From NCBI GenBank assembly GCA_965199495.1, contig CBDASK010000003.1:1504001-1568000 (forward strand): a stretch of 64,000 bases of DNA, in the 5' to 3' direction. Position 1 is the first letter of the stretch, and each line of letters starts with the position of its first letter. The position numbers and the translations under genes are program-made. Positions 28,333 to 38,230 of this stretch are shown here, in pieces. The DNA comes from Abditibacterium sp. GTDB taxonomy: Bacteria; Armatimonadota; Abditibacteriia; Abditibacteriales; Abditibacteriaceae. Under the pieces are notes generated by a model. That model worked only from the letters and a program-made list of their open reading frames with translations, did not search any database and was not told the origin of the DNA.

Positions 28333-31300
28333 ATGGATAACACCACTCCCCTCGCCCCCGAAATTGCCGCTCCACAAAACGGCGCGCCCGCAATGGCGAC
28401 GCACCTCACGCCGCCGACCAGCGTGACCAACGGACACACTTCACCCATCGGCGCCGCTTACGGCGATGGAGCCACGCCGACTGACCTCAACGCATCGGTG
28501 ACCGGCAAAAGCGACGGCAAAGGCGGTTGGACGCCCGGCTTTCGCGCCAAGACTTCGCCCGAACGCGCGCTCAAATGGGAGCGCCATTTCACCGAACCGG
28601 GCCAAGACCCATTCGAGACGCTCGACTGGGAAATGCGCACGGCGGGCATTACGGGCGAAGACGGCAAATCGGTCTTTGAACAAACCGATTGCGAAATTCC
28701 CAAACCGTGGTCACAACTCGCCACCAACGTCGTGGTCAGCAAATATTTTCGCGGCCCGATCAATTCGCCCCAGCGCGAACATTCGGTCAAACAGGTGATT
28801 GGCCGCGTGGCGGATACCATCGGTTTGTGGGGCGCGCAGGGCGGCTATTTCGCCAGCGACGAAGACGCCGAAAACTTCCGCGATGAACTGGCTTATTTGC
28901 TCGTTCATCAATACGGCGCGTTCAACTCGCCGGTCTGGTTCAATCTGGGCGTGAAAGACGCGAAACAACAATGCAGCGCGTGTTTTATCAACGATGTTTA
29001 CGACGATATGGAAAGCATCATGGAACTGGCGGCGACAGAAGCGCGCCTGTTCAAAGGCGGAAGCGGTGCGGGCGTCAATTTGTGGCGCATCCGTTCGAGC
29101 AAAGAGCAGTTGCGCGGCGGCGGCATCGCCAGCGGCCCGATCTCGTTTATGCGCGGCTGGGATTCGTTCGCGGGCGCGGTGAAATGTCTGACGCCCGATG
29201 CGCAGATTTATACCGACCAGGGTTTGCGCACGGTCGGCGAGCTGATCGATCCGAATTTGGAGCCGGGTTTTCACGCCGATGATTCGGTTGTTTTGGCGAC
29301 CAAAGATGGCCCGACGCGCATCAGTCAGGTTTACGTCAGTCCCCTCGCGCCGACGCGCGAAATGGAGTTGGGACACACCGGTTTGCGTCTGCGCGGCACT
29401 CATCAGCATCCGGTTTTGACGCTGACGCCGCAATTTGAATTGGAGTGGAAAGCGCTTTCGCAGATCAACGTCGGCGACCGCGTGGCTGTGGCGCGCGGCC
29501 AGGAAATGTGGCCCGAAAACGCGCCGACATTCGACTTCGCGCCGCAAACGACATGGGCAAAACTCGACTTGACTTATCCGACGCAGATGACGCCCGAACT
29601 GGCGCGTTTGTTGGGTTACATGACTTCCGAAGGCTGCATGGATGCGCAGCGTTTCCGCTTTTGTAACGCCGATAAGGACGTGTTCGCCGACTTCTTGCGT
29701 TGCGTCGAAGCCGTCTTTGGGCACGACGGGAGCGGTAACGTCAGCGAACGAATCAACGAAAAAACCGGTGTCACGACGCAGATGTTCGAGGCGTGCTGGA
29801 CCAACGCCGTGCGCTTTTTGCAAGTCGCCGGACTGGGCTTTGAAAAGTCGGACGAAAAGCGCGTGCCGCGCTCGATCCTGAGTTCGCCGCGCGAATTGGT
29901 CGTCGAATTTTTGCGCGCCTACTTCGAGGGCGACGGTCACGTTTCGACGTATGTTTACGCATCCAGCGCCTCGCGCGCGCTCTTGGGTGATGTTCAATTG
30001 CTGCTCTTGAACATGGGAATGTTGCCCTTGTTGCGGCGCCATCCCGTCAACGGCAAAGATTACTGGAATTTGTGTTTGCGCGGCGAAGCGGCGTTTCGGT
30101 TCGTGCGCGAAGTCGGCTTTATTTCGGCGCGCAAACAGGCGGCGTCCGATGTCGCGGGCGACAAAAATACCAACATCGACACGCTGCCATTTTTGGTGGA
30201 CGTGTTGCGCCAATACACTTCCAAAAACAAGTATTTCCATTGCTCCGATGGCCAAACGCGCGAGTTGGGTTTTGGCTTTTTCAATCGCAAAGCGGGCAGC
30301 GCGATTTCGTATAATCGTCTGCGTAACACGCCCGCGCTTTTGGATCATTTGGAACAGGTCAATCCGCAACTCGCCGAAACCTTGGAGTGGTTGATGGAAC
30401 GCGAGTTTTTCTGGGACACCGTTAAGTCGGTCGAAGCAGCCACGCCCGCCGTGACCTACGATTTTACCGTGCCGCAAACGCATTCGTTCGTGGCCAACGG
30501 CATCGTCAACCACAATTCGGGAGGAACGACGCGTCGCGCAGCGAAGATGGTAATCCTCAACGCCGACCATCCTGATATCGGCGAGTTCATCACCTGCAAA
30601 GCCGACGAAGAAAAGAAAGCCTGGGCGCTCATCGAGGCGGGTTATAACGGCGGCTTCAACGTGCCGGGCGGCGCCTACGATTCGGTCGCGTTTCAGAACG
30701 CCAACCACAGCGTGCGCGTGACCGACGAGTTCATGCGCGCTGCCGAAAACGATACCAATTGGCAACTGCGCGCCGTCACCACGGGCGCCGTCGTCGAAAC
30801 CAAAAAGGCGCGCCAGATGCTCAAGGACATCGCTCAGACGACGTGGATTTGCGGCGATCCGGGGATGCAATTCGACACCCTTATCAACGAGTGGCACACC
30901 TGCTCCAATTCGGATCGGATTTACGCGAGCAACCCGTGCAGCGAGTTCATGTTCCTCAACTCAACGGCATGTAATTTAGCCTCGTTGAACTTGTTGAAGT
31001 TTTACAACATGGAAACCGGCGAGTTCGACGCGGCGGGTTATGCGCGCGCGTGCGAAGTCTTTATTACCGCGCAGGAAATTATCGTTTCGTTCGCATCGTA
31101 TCCAACGCAAAAAATCGGCGAGATGAGCGAGCAATATCGTCCGCTTGGTCTGGGTTATGCCAACCTCGGCGCTTTGCTGATGGCCAAAGGTTTGGCCTAC
31201 GACAGCGACGAAGGCCGCGCTTTAGCGGGCGCTTTGACAGCGATTATGACGGGCGCGGCCTATCGTAAATCGGCGCAAATCGCGCGCAACACCGGGCCGT

Positions 31301-33909
31301 TTGAGGGCTACGTCCAGAACAAAGAACCAATGCTGCGCGTCATCGCCAAACACCGCGATGCGGTGAATCGCATTGACACAACGCTCGTCGCCGAAAACGT
31401 GATGCAGGAAGCGCGCAACGCGTGGGACGATGCGTATATGACGGGGCAAAAGTATGGCTATCGCAATTCGCAGGCGACAGTTTTGGCGCCGACCGGCACT
31501 ATATCTTTCATGATGGATTGCGATACGACTGGCGTCGAGCCGGACATCGCACTCGTCAAATACAAGAAGTTGGTCGGCGGCGGTTTGCTCAAAATCGTCA
31601 ATCAGACGGTTCCGGCGGCGTTGCGCAACTTGGGATATAACGAAAGCGAGATCAAATCCATCGTGGATTACATCGACAAAAACGATACCATCGAAGGTGC
31701 GCCCGGCTTGCTCGATGAGCATTTGTCGGTCTTCGATTGCGCGTTCAAGGCGATGAACGGCACCCGTTCGATTCATCACATGGGCCACATCAAGATGATG
31801 GCGGCGACGCAACCGTTTATTAGCGGCGCGATTTCCAAGTGCGTGACGGGCGAAACGTTGGTAGCCACGGCGGGCGGCATCGTGCCGATTGGCAGCTTTT
31901 ATCGAGGCGAAAAGCCGGGCGAATTCACGCCGGTCGCGGCCAAACTCGCTTCGATCGGCGCGCCGCAAGACGCCGACTTGTTCTATTACGGCGGCAATCG
32001 CCCGACGATCAAAGCGTCGTGGGCCGACGGGCGCACCATCGAAGGCACGCCCAATCATCGCGTGAAAGTCGCCAACGCTCAAGGCTACGATTGGAAACGC
32101 TTGGACGCTTTGGAAGCGGGCGATTACGTTTCGGTGAAGTTGGGCGCGAATCTGTGGGCGGACAAAGACGCGAATTTGCTCGACGGCTTCGAGGCGTCGG
32201 CGCTTTATGGTTGCCAGAAAACGATTACTCTGCCCGCGAAAATGACGCCGGATTTGGCGCGTTTCTTGGGAATGTATATCGCCGAAGGCAACATGACACG
32301 CAGCAACTACATGGTGCGCGTGACTAACCTCAACGCCGAAGTTTTGAGCGCGTGCGAACGCATCGTTTTCGAGACGTTTGGCATTACGGGGCGCGTCGAA
32401 ACCGACAAGCGCAACGGCGTGACGAGTTGGGTTTGCGCGTCCAAATCATTGTGCGAGTTTCTGACGCACATCGGCGCGGGCGGCGATTCGAGTAGCAAGC
32501 AAATCCCGTGGTCGGTTTTGCAGTCGAGCGAAACCTGCGTGCGCGAATTTATCGGCGGTTTGTGGCTCGACGGCTACATTCGTCAAGACGGTATGACGGC
32601 GATTTGTCTCAACTCGCCCGAACTGTTGCGGCAACTGCAAGTCGTGCTGAATAACTTCGGTTTGCGCGCGCAACTGATTCAAAAATACAACAAGGTTTAC
32701 GACAAGTTCTTTCACGAACTCGGTTTGCACGGCGCCGATTCGCGTCGCTTTGGCGAACTGTTCCGTTTGGACGACGCGCACAAAACCGAGGCATTGGCCA
32801 AATTGTGCGAAGTCGCCAAAAAAGTCGATGCGGTTCACTCGGACGTAATTCCGGCGTTCCGCGCCGAAATTCAGGCGTTCGTGCGCGCCAAACACGATAC
32901 GCAACGGTTCCGCAACATCTTCGATGCGCGCACCAAACATCTATCGCGTCATACCGTGGCCGCCGTGGCTGCATTCTACGGCGAAGAGTTGTTCAAAGCG
33001 ATTCCCGACTTGCGCGAGATCATGGACAACAACATTCACTTCGTCGCCCTGCGCGAAATCGAAGAAGGATTCGCGCCGGTTTACGATTTCCAGGTGCCGA
33101 CCAATCACGCGTTCTTGGGCAACGGCATGATCAATCATAACACGGTGAATATGCCGCAGGACTGCACAGCCGACGAAATTTATGATGCCTATCTGCAATC
33201 GTGGAAAATGGGCGTGAAAGCGGTCGCGATTTATCGCGATGGCAGCAAGCGCACCCAACCGCTTTCGACGGCTTCGGACGCGCAAAAGGCCGAAAAAGCC
33301 GACAAGAAAGAAAGCGAAATCCGCCGCGCCGCGCGTCGCAAACTGCCCGACGAGCGCAATAGCATCACGCATAAATTCTCGATCGCCGGGCAGGAAGGTT
33401 ATTTCATGGTCGGTTTGTATGAAGACGGTTCGCCGGGCGAAATCTTCATCAAAATGTCGAAGGAAGGTTCGACGATTTCGGGCTTGATGGATTCGTTTGC
33501 GGTCGCGGTCTCGATGTGTTTGCAATACGGCGTGCCGTTGCGCGTTTTGGTGAATAAATTCTCGCACACGCGCTTCGAGCCGTCGGGCTACACCACTAAC
33601 CGCGATATTCCAATCGCCAAATCGTTGATGGATTACATCTTCCGTTGGTTCGACCTGAAGTTTCATCCCAACGGCGACAACGGTTACGCGGGCAAAGTTA
33701 CAGCGACGGTCGTGCATGCCGCCTTGCCCGAAGCTTCGCTGTTTGAGAGCGAGGGCGGCGGCAATCACGGTAACGTCGGCAACGCGCAACGCGAAGTCTC
33801 GCAGATGCAGCAGGACGCGCCGCCGTGTCCCGATTGCGGCGCGCTGACGGTTCGTAGCGGCGCCTGTTACAAATGTAACGAGTGCGGCGCCACGACCGGT
33901 TGCGGTTAA
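28333..33909 (+). CDS. nrdJ: Class II (B12-dependent) ribonucleotide reductase with two inteins, C-terminal TSCPD-like domain and Zn ribbon
   Basis: CSACFI, ASNPCSE, CNLASLN, RPLGLGYAN, APTGTIS, YRDGSK, terminal CPDCG..CYKCNECG; about 980 aa after splicing. Confidence 0.95.
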   Translation: MDNTTPLAPEIAAPQNGAPAMATHLTPPTSVTNGHTSPIGAAYGDGATPTDLNASVTGKSDGKGGWTPGFRAKTSPERALKWERHFTEPGQDPFETLDWEMRTAGITGEDGKSVFEQTDCEIPKPWSQLATNVVVSKYFRGPINSPQREHSVKQVIGRVADTIGLWGAQGGYFASDEDAENFRDELAYLLVHQYGAFNSPVWFNLGVKDAKQQCSACFINDVYDDMESIMELAATEARLFKGGSGAGVNLWRIRSSKEQLRGGGIASGPISFMRGWDSFAGAVKCLTPDAQIYTDQGLRTVGELIDPNLEPGFHADDSVVLATKDGPTRISQVYVSPLAPTREMELGHTGLRLRGTHQHPVLTLTPQFELEWKALSQINVGDRVAVARGQEMWPENAPTFDFAPQTTWAKLDLTYPTQMTPELARLLGYMTSEGCMDAQRFRFCNADKDVFADFLRCVEAVFGHDGSGNVSERINEKTGVTTQMFEACWTNAVRFLQVAGLGFEKSDEKRVPRSILSSPRELVVEFLRAYFEGDGHVSTYVYASSASRALLGDVQLLLLNMGMLPLLRRHPVNGKDYWNLCLRGEAAFRFVREVGFISARKQAASDVAGDKNTNIDTLPFLVDVLRQYTSKNKYFHCSDGQTRELGFGFFNRKAGSAISYNRLRNTPALLDHLEQVNPQLAETLEWLMEREFFWDTVKSVEAATPAVTYDFTVPQTHSFVANGIVNHNSGGTTRRAAKMVILNADHPDIGEFITCKADEEKKAWALIEAGYNGGFNVPGGAYDSVAFQNANHSVRVTDEFMRAAENDTNWQLRAVTTGAVVETKKARQMLKDIAQTTWICGDPGMQFDTLINEWHTCSNSDRIYASNPCSEFMFLNSTACNLASLNLLKFYNMETGEFDAAGYARACEVFITAQEIIVSFASYPTQKIGEMSEQYRPLGLGYANLGALLMAKGLAYDSDEGRALAGALTAIMTGAAYRKSAQIARNTGPFEGYVQNKEPMLRVIAKHRDAVNRIDTTLVAENVMQEARNAWDDAYMTGQKYGYRNSQATVLAPTGTISFMMDCDTTGVEPDIALVKYKKLVGGGLLKIVNQTVPAALRNLGYNESEIKSIVDYIDKNDTIEGAPGLLDEHLSVFDCAFKAMNGTRSIHHMGHIKMMAATQPFISGAISKCVTGETLVATAGGIVPIGSFYRGEKPGEFTPVAAKLASIGAPQDADLFYYGGNRPTIKASWADGRTIEGTPNHRVKVANAQGYDWKRLDALEAGDYVSVKLGANLWADKDANLLDGFEASALYGCQKTITLPAKMTPDLARFLGMYIAEGNMTRSNYMVRVTNLNAEVLSACERIVFETFGITGRVETDKRNGVTSWVCASKSLCEFLTHIGAGGDSSSKQIPWSVLQSSETCVREFIGGLWLDGYIRQDGMTAICLNSPELLRQLQVVLNNFGLRAQLIQKYNKVYDKFFHELGLHGADSRRFGELFRLDDAHKTEALAKLCEVAKKVDAVHSDVIPAFRAEIQAFVRAKHDTQRFRNIFDARTKHLSRHTVAAVAAFYGEELFKAIPDLREIMDNNIHFVALREIEEGFAPVYDFQVPTNHAFLGNGMINHNTVNMPQDCTADEIYDAYLQSWKMGVKAVAIYRDGSKRTQPLSTASDAQKAEKADKKESEIRRAARRKLPDERNSITHKFSIAGQEGYFMVGLYEDGSPGEIFIKMSKEGSTISGLMDSFAVAVSMCLQYGVPLRVLVNKFSHTRFEPSGYTTNRDIPIAKSLMDYIFRWFDLKFHPNGDNGYAGKVTATVVHAALPEASLFESEGGGNHGNVGNAQREVSQMQQDAPPCPDCGALTVRSGACYKCNECGATTGCG
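29185..30516 (+). mobile_element. Intein 1 (444 aa) with LAGLIDADG homing endonuclease
   Basis: Starts CLTPDA, ends YDFTVP.THSFVANGIVNHN, +1 Ser; LLGYMTSEG and FLRAYFEGDG; removal restores AGAVK|SGGTTRRAAKM. Confidence 0.95.
31840..33141 (+). mobile_element. Intein 2 (434 aa) with LAGLIDADG homing endonuclease
   Basis: Starts CVTGET, GTPNHR block B, ends VYDFQVP.NHAFLGNGMINHN, +1 Thr; FLGMYIAEG and FIGGLWLDG; removal restores GAISK|TVNMP. Confidence 0.95.
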
Positions 33910-33911
33910 AC

Positions 33912-33945
33912 AAAAGAGGACGCGGCGCAAGTCGCGTCCTCTTTT
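33912..33945 (+). terminator. Intrinsic terminator after nrdJ
   Basis: aaaagaggacgcggc-gcaa-gtcgcgtcctctttt. Confidence 0.8.
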
Positions 33946-33967
33946 CATTTACTTTTGAGGAGAAAAC

Positions 33968-34432
33968 ATGAATCAATGGAGAATGGCGTTTCGCGTGGGA
34001 GCCGATGGCACAGAGTTGTGGCCGCAGTGCAAAACTCTGGGTATCGCCGCCATCACTTACAAGCCGCTGGCCGAGACCGATCTCTCGCAATTTGCGCAGG
34101 GTGAACCAGAGGCAGATTGGAGAAAATTGGAGTCGTCTCAGAAATTTAGCCTAAAAGCCGTCGCTTACGAGATGAAGGCGGACGACGTTATTTATGTTAA
34201 ACAAGGGCCGATGATTATCTGGCGCGGACGAGTGACTGGCTCTTACCAATTCGACGCGGACTACCGAATCGTCGATGAGTTTGGGACGCCGTGGCCGCAT
34301 CAAGTTCCAGTAGAGTGGGAGCGTAACTTCCTGCCCGCGAAAATGAAGCTGGGAGCCGAAATGTCCACGGTTAAACGGTTGACCGAAGAAAACATCGCGG
34401 ATTTGGAGAAAGTTTTTGGCTCGCCCAAATAA
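33968..34432 (+). CDS. Hypothetical protein (possible EVE/PUA-like domain)
   Basis: GAGGAG SD; MKADDVIYVK...GRVTGSYQFD...HQVPVEW pattern; atypical codon usage. Confidence 0.65.
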   Translation: MNQWRMAFRVGADGTELWPQCKTLGIAAITYKPLAETDLSQFAQGEPEADWRKLESSQKFSLKAVAYEMKADDVIYVKQGPMIIWRGRVTGSYQFDADYRIVDEFGTPWPHQVPVEWERNFLPAKMKLGAEMSTVKRLTEENIADLEKVFGSPK

Positions 34433-34434
34433 GT

Positions 34435-34475
34435 AAATAAAAAGGGACGCGATTTCATCGCGTCCCTTTTTATTT
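34435..34475. terminator. Bidirectional terminator
   Basis: aaataaaaagggacgcgat-ttc-atcgcgtccctttttattt. Confidence 0.85.
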
Positions 34476-34484
34476 ACCGGATTC

Positions 34485-37286
34485 TCATTTCGCCACATAA
34501 ACCCGATACTTCCAACCATCCAATTTCAACGTCGGCGACGCATTTAGACTGACTTTGGAACTATGAAACGCATCAGCGTATTGCCCCGCGACATCGGTGC
34601 TTTTCAGCGTCACGGTTTGCGGTTGTTCGCTCAGATTGACCACGACCAAAACTTTGTTTTTGCCGTTTTGTCGCGTAAAAGCGTAAATTTTGTCGTCGTT
34701 ATCGGTCGCGATTTTGGCGAAACTGCCGCTCGAAAGCGCCGGATTATTCTGGTAAAGTTCCAGCAAATGATGATAAAACGGGTAAACCGCCGACCCGGCG
34801 CGCGCAGCAGCCACGGGCGACGGATCGGTTTTGGAAAAGCTCAATTCTTGCCCGTTATACAAGAGAGGTTTGCCCGGTAAAGTCGCGTTCAAAACCATTA
34901 ACGGCGCGACTTGCGGCATACCCGGTTTGACTTCGACCGGCGTGCCGGTGCCCCAGCCCCAATCGGCGTGCGGGTGCCAATCGTGGTTGTCCACGAAACG
35001 CATCAAAACCGAGCCGACCGGATAATCGCGCGCCTCGCGGCGCAACTGATCGTCAATGGCCGTGGCCGGTTTGCGACCGGCGGTGATGTCCCACAAAATC
35101 GGCGGCATCGCCCAATCGTAGCTCATATCGAACGCCGGATGAATGCCGGGATTATCGGCTTCGGCCAGCATAAAAACCGGCTTGATTTTCGTCAACTGCG
35201 GACGCAACCACTGCCAGAACTCAACCGGCACGCGGCCATTGCTGCCCGCGACATCGGCGCGAAATCCATCAACGCCGTAATCGCGCACCCACATTGCCAT
35301 GTTGTCGCGCATCAAATTCCACAACGGCTGATTCCAAGCGCCCGCTTTTCCATAATCGAGCTGCGCGACATCGGGCCAATTATAGGCTTGCATAATTTCG
35401 CCCGCCGCGTTTTTGGCGTAGAATTCGGGATGCTCTTTGATCCACGCATTGTCCCACGCAGTATGATTGGGCACCCAATCCATTATCACCCGCAAACCCA
35501 ATTTATGAGCGCTGTCAACCAATTGTTTGAACTCGGCTTTGGTGCCGAAATCGGGATTGATCGCGGTGTAATCGCGCACAGAATAGGGACTGCCGAAACC
35601 TTTCTCGGTGCCGCGCGGGTGCAGAGGCATAAACCACACGATGCCCACGCCCATCGCTTTGAGCGAGGGCAAATGCTGCTCGAATTCGCTCAAAGCCTGG
35701 CCTTTGGGAAATGAATACAAGTCGAGATTGACTTCATAAATCGACTGGTTTTTCGCCCAATCTGGCCCGGCGACAGTTTGCGTGGTGAGTGGGCCATTCA
35801 TTTTCAAAGGCAGACCGGGCGCCGACAGCAAATACGGCTGATATTTCTGTGCGCTCACCGTGAAGGGCGGCGACGTGGCTGCTAATCCGCCCGCGCCAAA
35901 ACGCGTGGTTTTGGAGCCGTCGGTCAAATCGAATTGATAGCTCAAATCGCTCTTGCGATTCCACGGTACATTGGCAACATAATACGAATAATACGCGTCC
36001 GTCATGGTCAAGCGGGCCGCATATTTCTGGCCCGCCGCTTCGACCGCGACGCTTTTCAAGTCGTCGGGCCGCGCGCGCAACACCAGCGCGATTTGACCGT
36101 TATCGTAACCCAAATCGCGCGGGCCATGCGGATGAAAGAGCGCTTTAGTCGCCGTCACGCCATCATCGGAATTGGCGGGTTTGTCGTAACCAACCGGCTT
36201 GATGAAAAGCACCGAGTTATCGTTGACTTTATCGGTTTCGTCGCGCGGCGCGTTGGAGTCAGCGACCCAATCTTCGCTGTTCGCGCCGAATTTGACGAAT
36301 TTGTAAAGATAGCGCCCCGGCGCGAGCGGCAAAGTCAAGCGCCACGTCAAACCGTCGGCATCAGCATGAAGCGGATTAGCGGTGTTCTTCCAACCGTTGA
36401 ATGTGCCGACGACAGCGACGCTTTTCAAAGGTTTATCGGCCTTGAAGACGAACGCGTGCGGCACGTCGCTCGGCTCGCCGGTTGTGCCCGCGCCCGCCGC
36501 GATTTCGTTGACCGGCGCCGGGGCATCGGCATCGGCGACAACGCCGCCCAGAGGCAACAAATCTTTGGGCTGCGCCACGACCAAAAGCGAGTTGTCATTG
36601 ACTTTATCTGTCTCGTCGCGCGGCGCTTTGGGGTCAACGATCCAATCGCTTTCGTCGGGCGCAAAGGGCGCGAACTTGTAAACATAACGGCCCGGCGCGA
36701 GCGGCAAACTCAGGCGCCACGAGAATCCGCCGTCGCCGCTCACCATCGCGTTTTTGGTTTTGTCCCAACCGTTGAAACTGCCGACCAACTGAAGTTTGTC
36801 CAGTTTTTTGGCGGATTTGTAAGCGAACGGTTGCGCGATGATTTGCACCATCGAATTGCCGTAAGTCGTGTCTTCCAGGTCTTTGGGCGCATTCGGATCG
36901 GCGATATATTCGCTGCCATCGGGCGCGAATTTATAGTCGTAGCGACCGGGCGGAAGCGGCACGCTAACACGCCACGTCAGACCATCGGCATCGGCTTTCA
37001 TCGGGTTTTGCGTGGCGTTCCAGCCGTTGAAAGTGCCGACCAGCGCGACGCTTTTTAATTTTTTATCGGCTTTGTAAACGAACTCGTGAGGCACCATGCC
37101 CTGTTCGGGTTGCGCGCCCCATTTCGGGTTGGCGAGCGCATCGGCGACGAGCTTGACTTTGGCGGGATTGAGCGCGGTCGGCGCCAAATCTGCCGAGCGG
37201 CTGCAACCAGCCACGCCGACAAGCGCGAGCGCTAAAAACGGCAGCGTGGTTTGGCGAAAGGGAAATTTCCTGTTTTTCTTCATCAT
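34485..37286 (-). CDS. GH13 alpha-amylase-family lipoprotein with three tandem CBM48-like domains
   Basis: Lipobox VAGC; 3x 'VGTFNGW...W...LPL.PGRY.YKF'; MDWVPNH, GFRADVA, LAEA, DNHD catalytic regions. Confidence 0.92.
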   Translation of the reverse strand: MMKKNRKFPFRQTTLPFLALALVGVAGCSRSADLAPTALNPAKVKLVADALANPKWGAQPEQGMVPHEFVYKADKKLKSVALVGTFNGWNATQNPMKADADGLTWRVSVPLPPGRYDYKFAPDGSEYIADPNAPKDLEDTTYGNSMVQIIAQPFAYKSAKKLDKLQLVGSFNGWDKTKNAMVSGDGGFSWRLSLPLAPGRYVYKFAPFAPDESDWIVDPKAPRDETDKVNDNSLLVVAQPKDLLPLGGVVADADAPAPVNEIAAGAGTTGEPSDVPHAFVFKADKPLKSVAVVGTFNGWKNTANPLHADADGLTWRLTLPLAPGRYLYKFVKFGANSEDWVADSNAPRDETDKVNDNSVLFIKPVGYDKPANSDDGVTATKALFHPHGPRDLGYDNGQIALVLRARPDDLKSVAVEAAGQKYAARLTMTDAYYSYYVANVPWNRKSDLSYQFDLTDGSKTTRFGAGGLAATSPPFTVSAQKYQPYLLSAPGLPLKMNGPLTTQTVAGPDWAKNQSIYEVNLDLYSFPKGQALSEFEQHLPSLKAMGVGIVWFMPLHPRGTEKGFGSPYSVRDYTAINPDFGTKAEFKQLVDSAHKLGLRVIMDWVPNHTAWDNAWIKEHPEFYAKNAAGEIMQAYNWPDVAQLDYGKAGAWNQPLWNLMRDNMAMWVRDYGVDGFRADVAGSNGRVPVEFWQWLRPQLTKIKPVFMLAEADNPGIHPAFDMSYDWAMPPILWDITAGRKPATAIDDQLRREARDYPVGSVLMRFVDNHDWHPHADWGWGTGTPVEVKPGMPQVAPLMVLNATLPGKPLLYNGQELSFSKTDPSPVAAARAGSAVYPFYHHLLELYQNNPALSSGSFAKIATDNDDKIYAFTRQNGKNKVLVVVNLSEQPQTVTLKSTDVAGQYADAFHSSKVSLNASPTLKLDGWKYRVYVAK

Positions 37287-37369
37287 TTGGGTCGGGAAAA
37301 AGGCAAACGGAGCGTGAAATTGATTTCACGCTCCGTCGTTAAAAGTTTCGGGGCGCCAGAGCGCGCCAT

Positions 37370-38131
37370 TTACTTCAAGCGATTCTGCTGCTCGCCCAGA
37401 GCGTCGCGCAAAATCGTCGGCACCGCGTCCGTCGTCGGGTTGACCGTCCACATATTGGCGCCCGTCACGGTCGCCATCGGTTTGAGCGACTTGACGTGGC
37501 CATCGGCAAACAGGAAATTCGTCATGCCCAGATGATTTTGGAAATTGGTATTGCTGCCACCCGCCAAATCTTCGACCTGATACAAATCCGCGTTGTTGGC
37601 GTTATCGGAGTGTTCCAAAACCAGAATCGTCTGCGAGGAACTTTCCAACTGCGCCAGCGCCGCGCCACCCGAAACGGGACGATCAATCTCGCCACGATTC
37701 ATCGGACGAATGCCGCCCGCGTTGGCGCTGGCCGGACTACCCGCGCCGACGCCCGGCTGATACGAGCCGCCGCCGTTGCACATATAAGACGCCGACGCCG
37801 CCGCCGCGTTGTTGACTGTTGTCGTTGGCGTGTAGGATGGGCACTTGAACACCTGCCAGCTTTTGATGTAGGGCTGAACGGTGTAATGCCACGGATAAGC
37901 GCCGTTGTCCCAGCAGGCGAAAGGCAGTTTTTCGTCGTAATCCTGCGTGTATTGCAAAATGCCCAGACCGATCTGCTTGAGATTGCTGGTGCATGAACTG
38001 CGCCGCGCGTTTTCGCGGGCACGCGCGAAAACGGGAAACAGAATCGCCGCCAAAATGGCGATAATCGCGATAACAACGAGAAGCTCGATCAAAGTAAATG
38101 CAGAGTTTTTGTGTGAGGAAATTTTGAACAT
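37370..38131 (-). CDS. Prepilin-type N-terminal methylation / DUF1559 H-X9-DG protein
   Basis: [47 protein letters not shown]-terminal [15 protein letters not shown]. Confidence 0.93.
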   Translation of the reverse strand: MFKISSHKNSAFTLIELLVVIAIIAILAAILFPVFARARENARRSSCTSNLKQIGLGILQYTQDYDEKLPFACWDNGAYPWHYTVQPYIKSWQVFKCPSYTPTTTVNNAAAASASYMCNGGGSYQPGVGAGSPASANAGGIRPMNRGEIDRPVSGGAALAQLESSSQTILVLEHSDNANNADLYQVEDLAGGSNTNFQNHLGMTNFLFADGHVKSLKPMATVTGANMWTVNPTTDAVPTILRDALGEQQNRLK

Positions 38132-38230
38132 GATGTGCGTGAGCGCGGAACCGAGGCCACGCGAATACGGTTGAAGTTGGGCGCGGCGTCGCGCAGTTGC
38201 AAATAGTTTTGCCGGTTGAATGAGGGGAAC

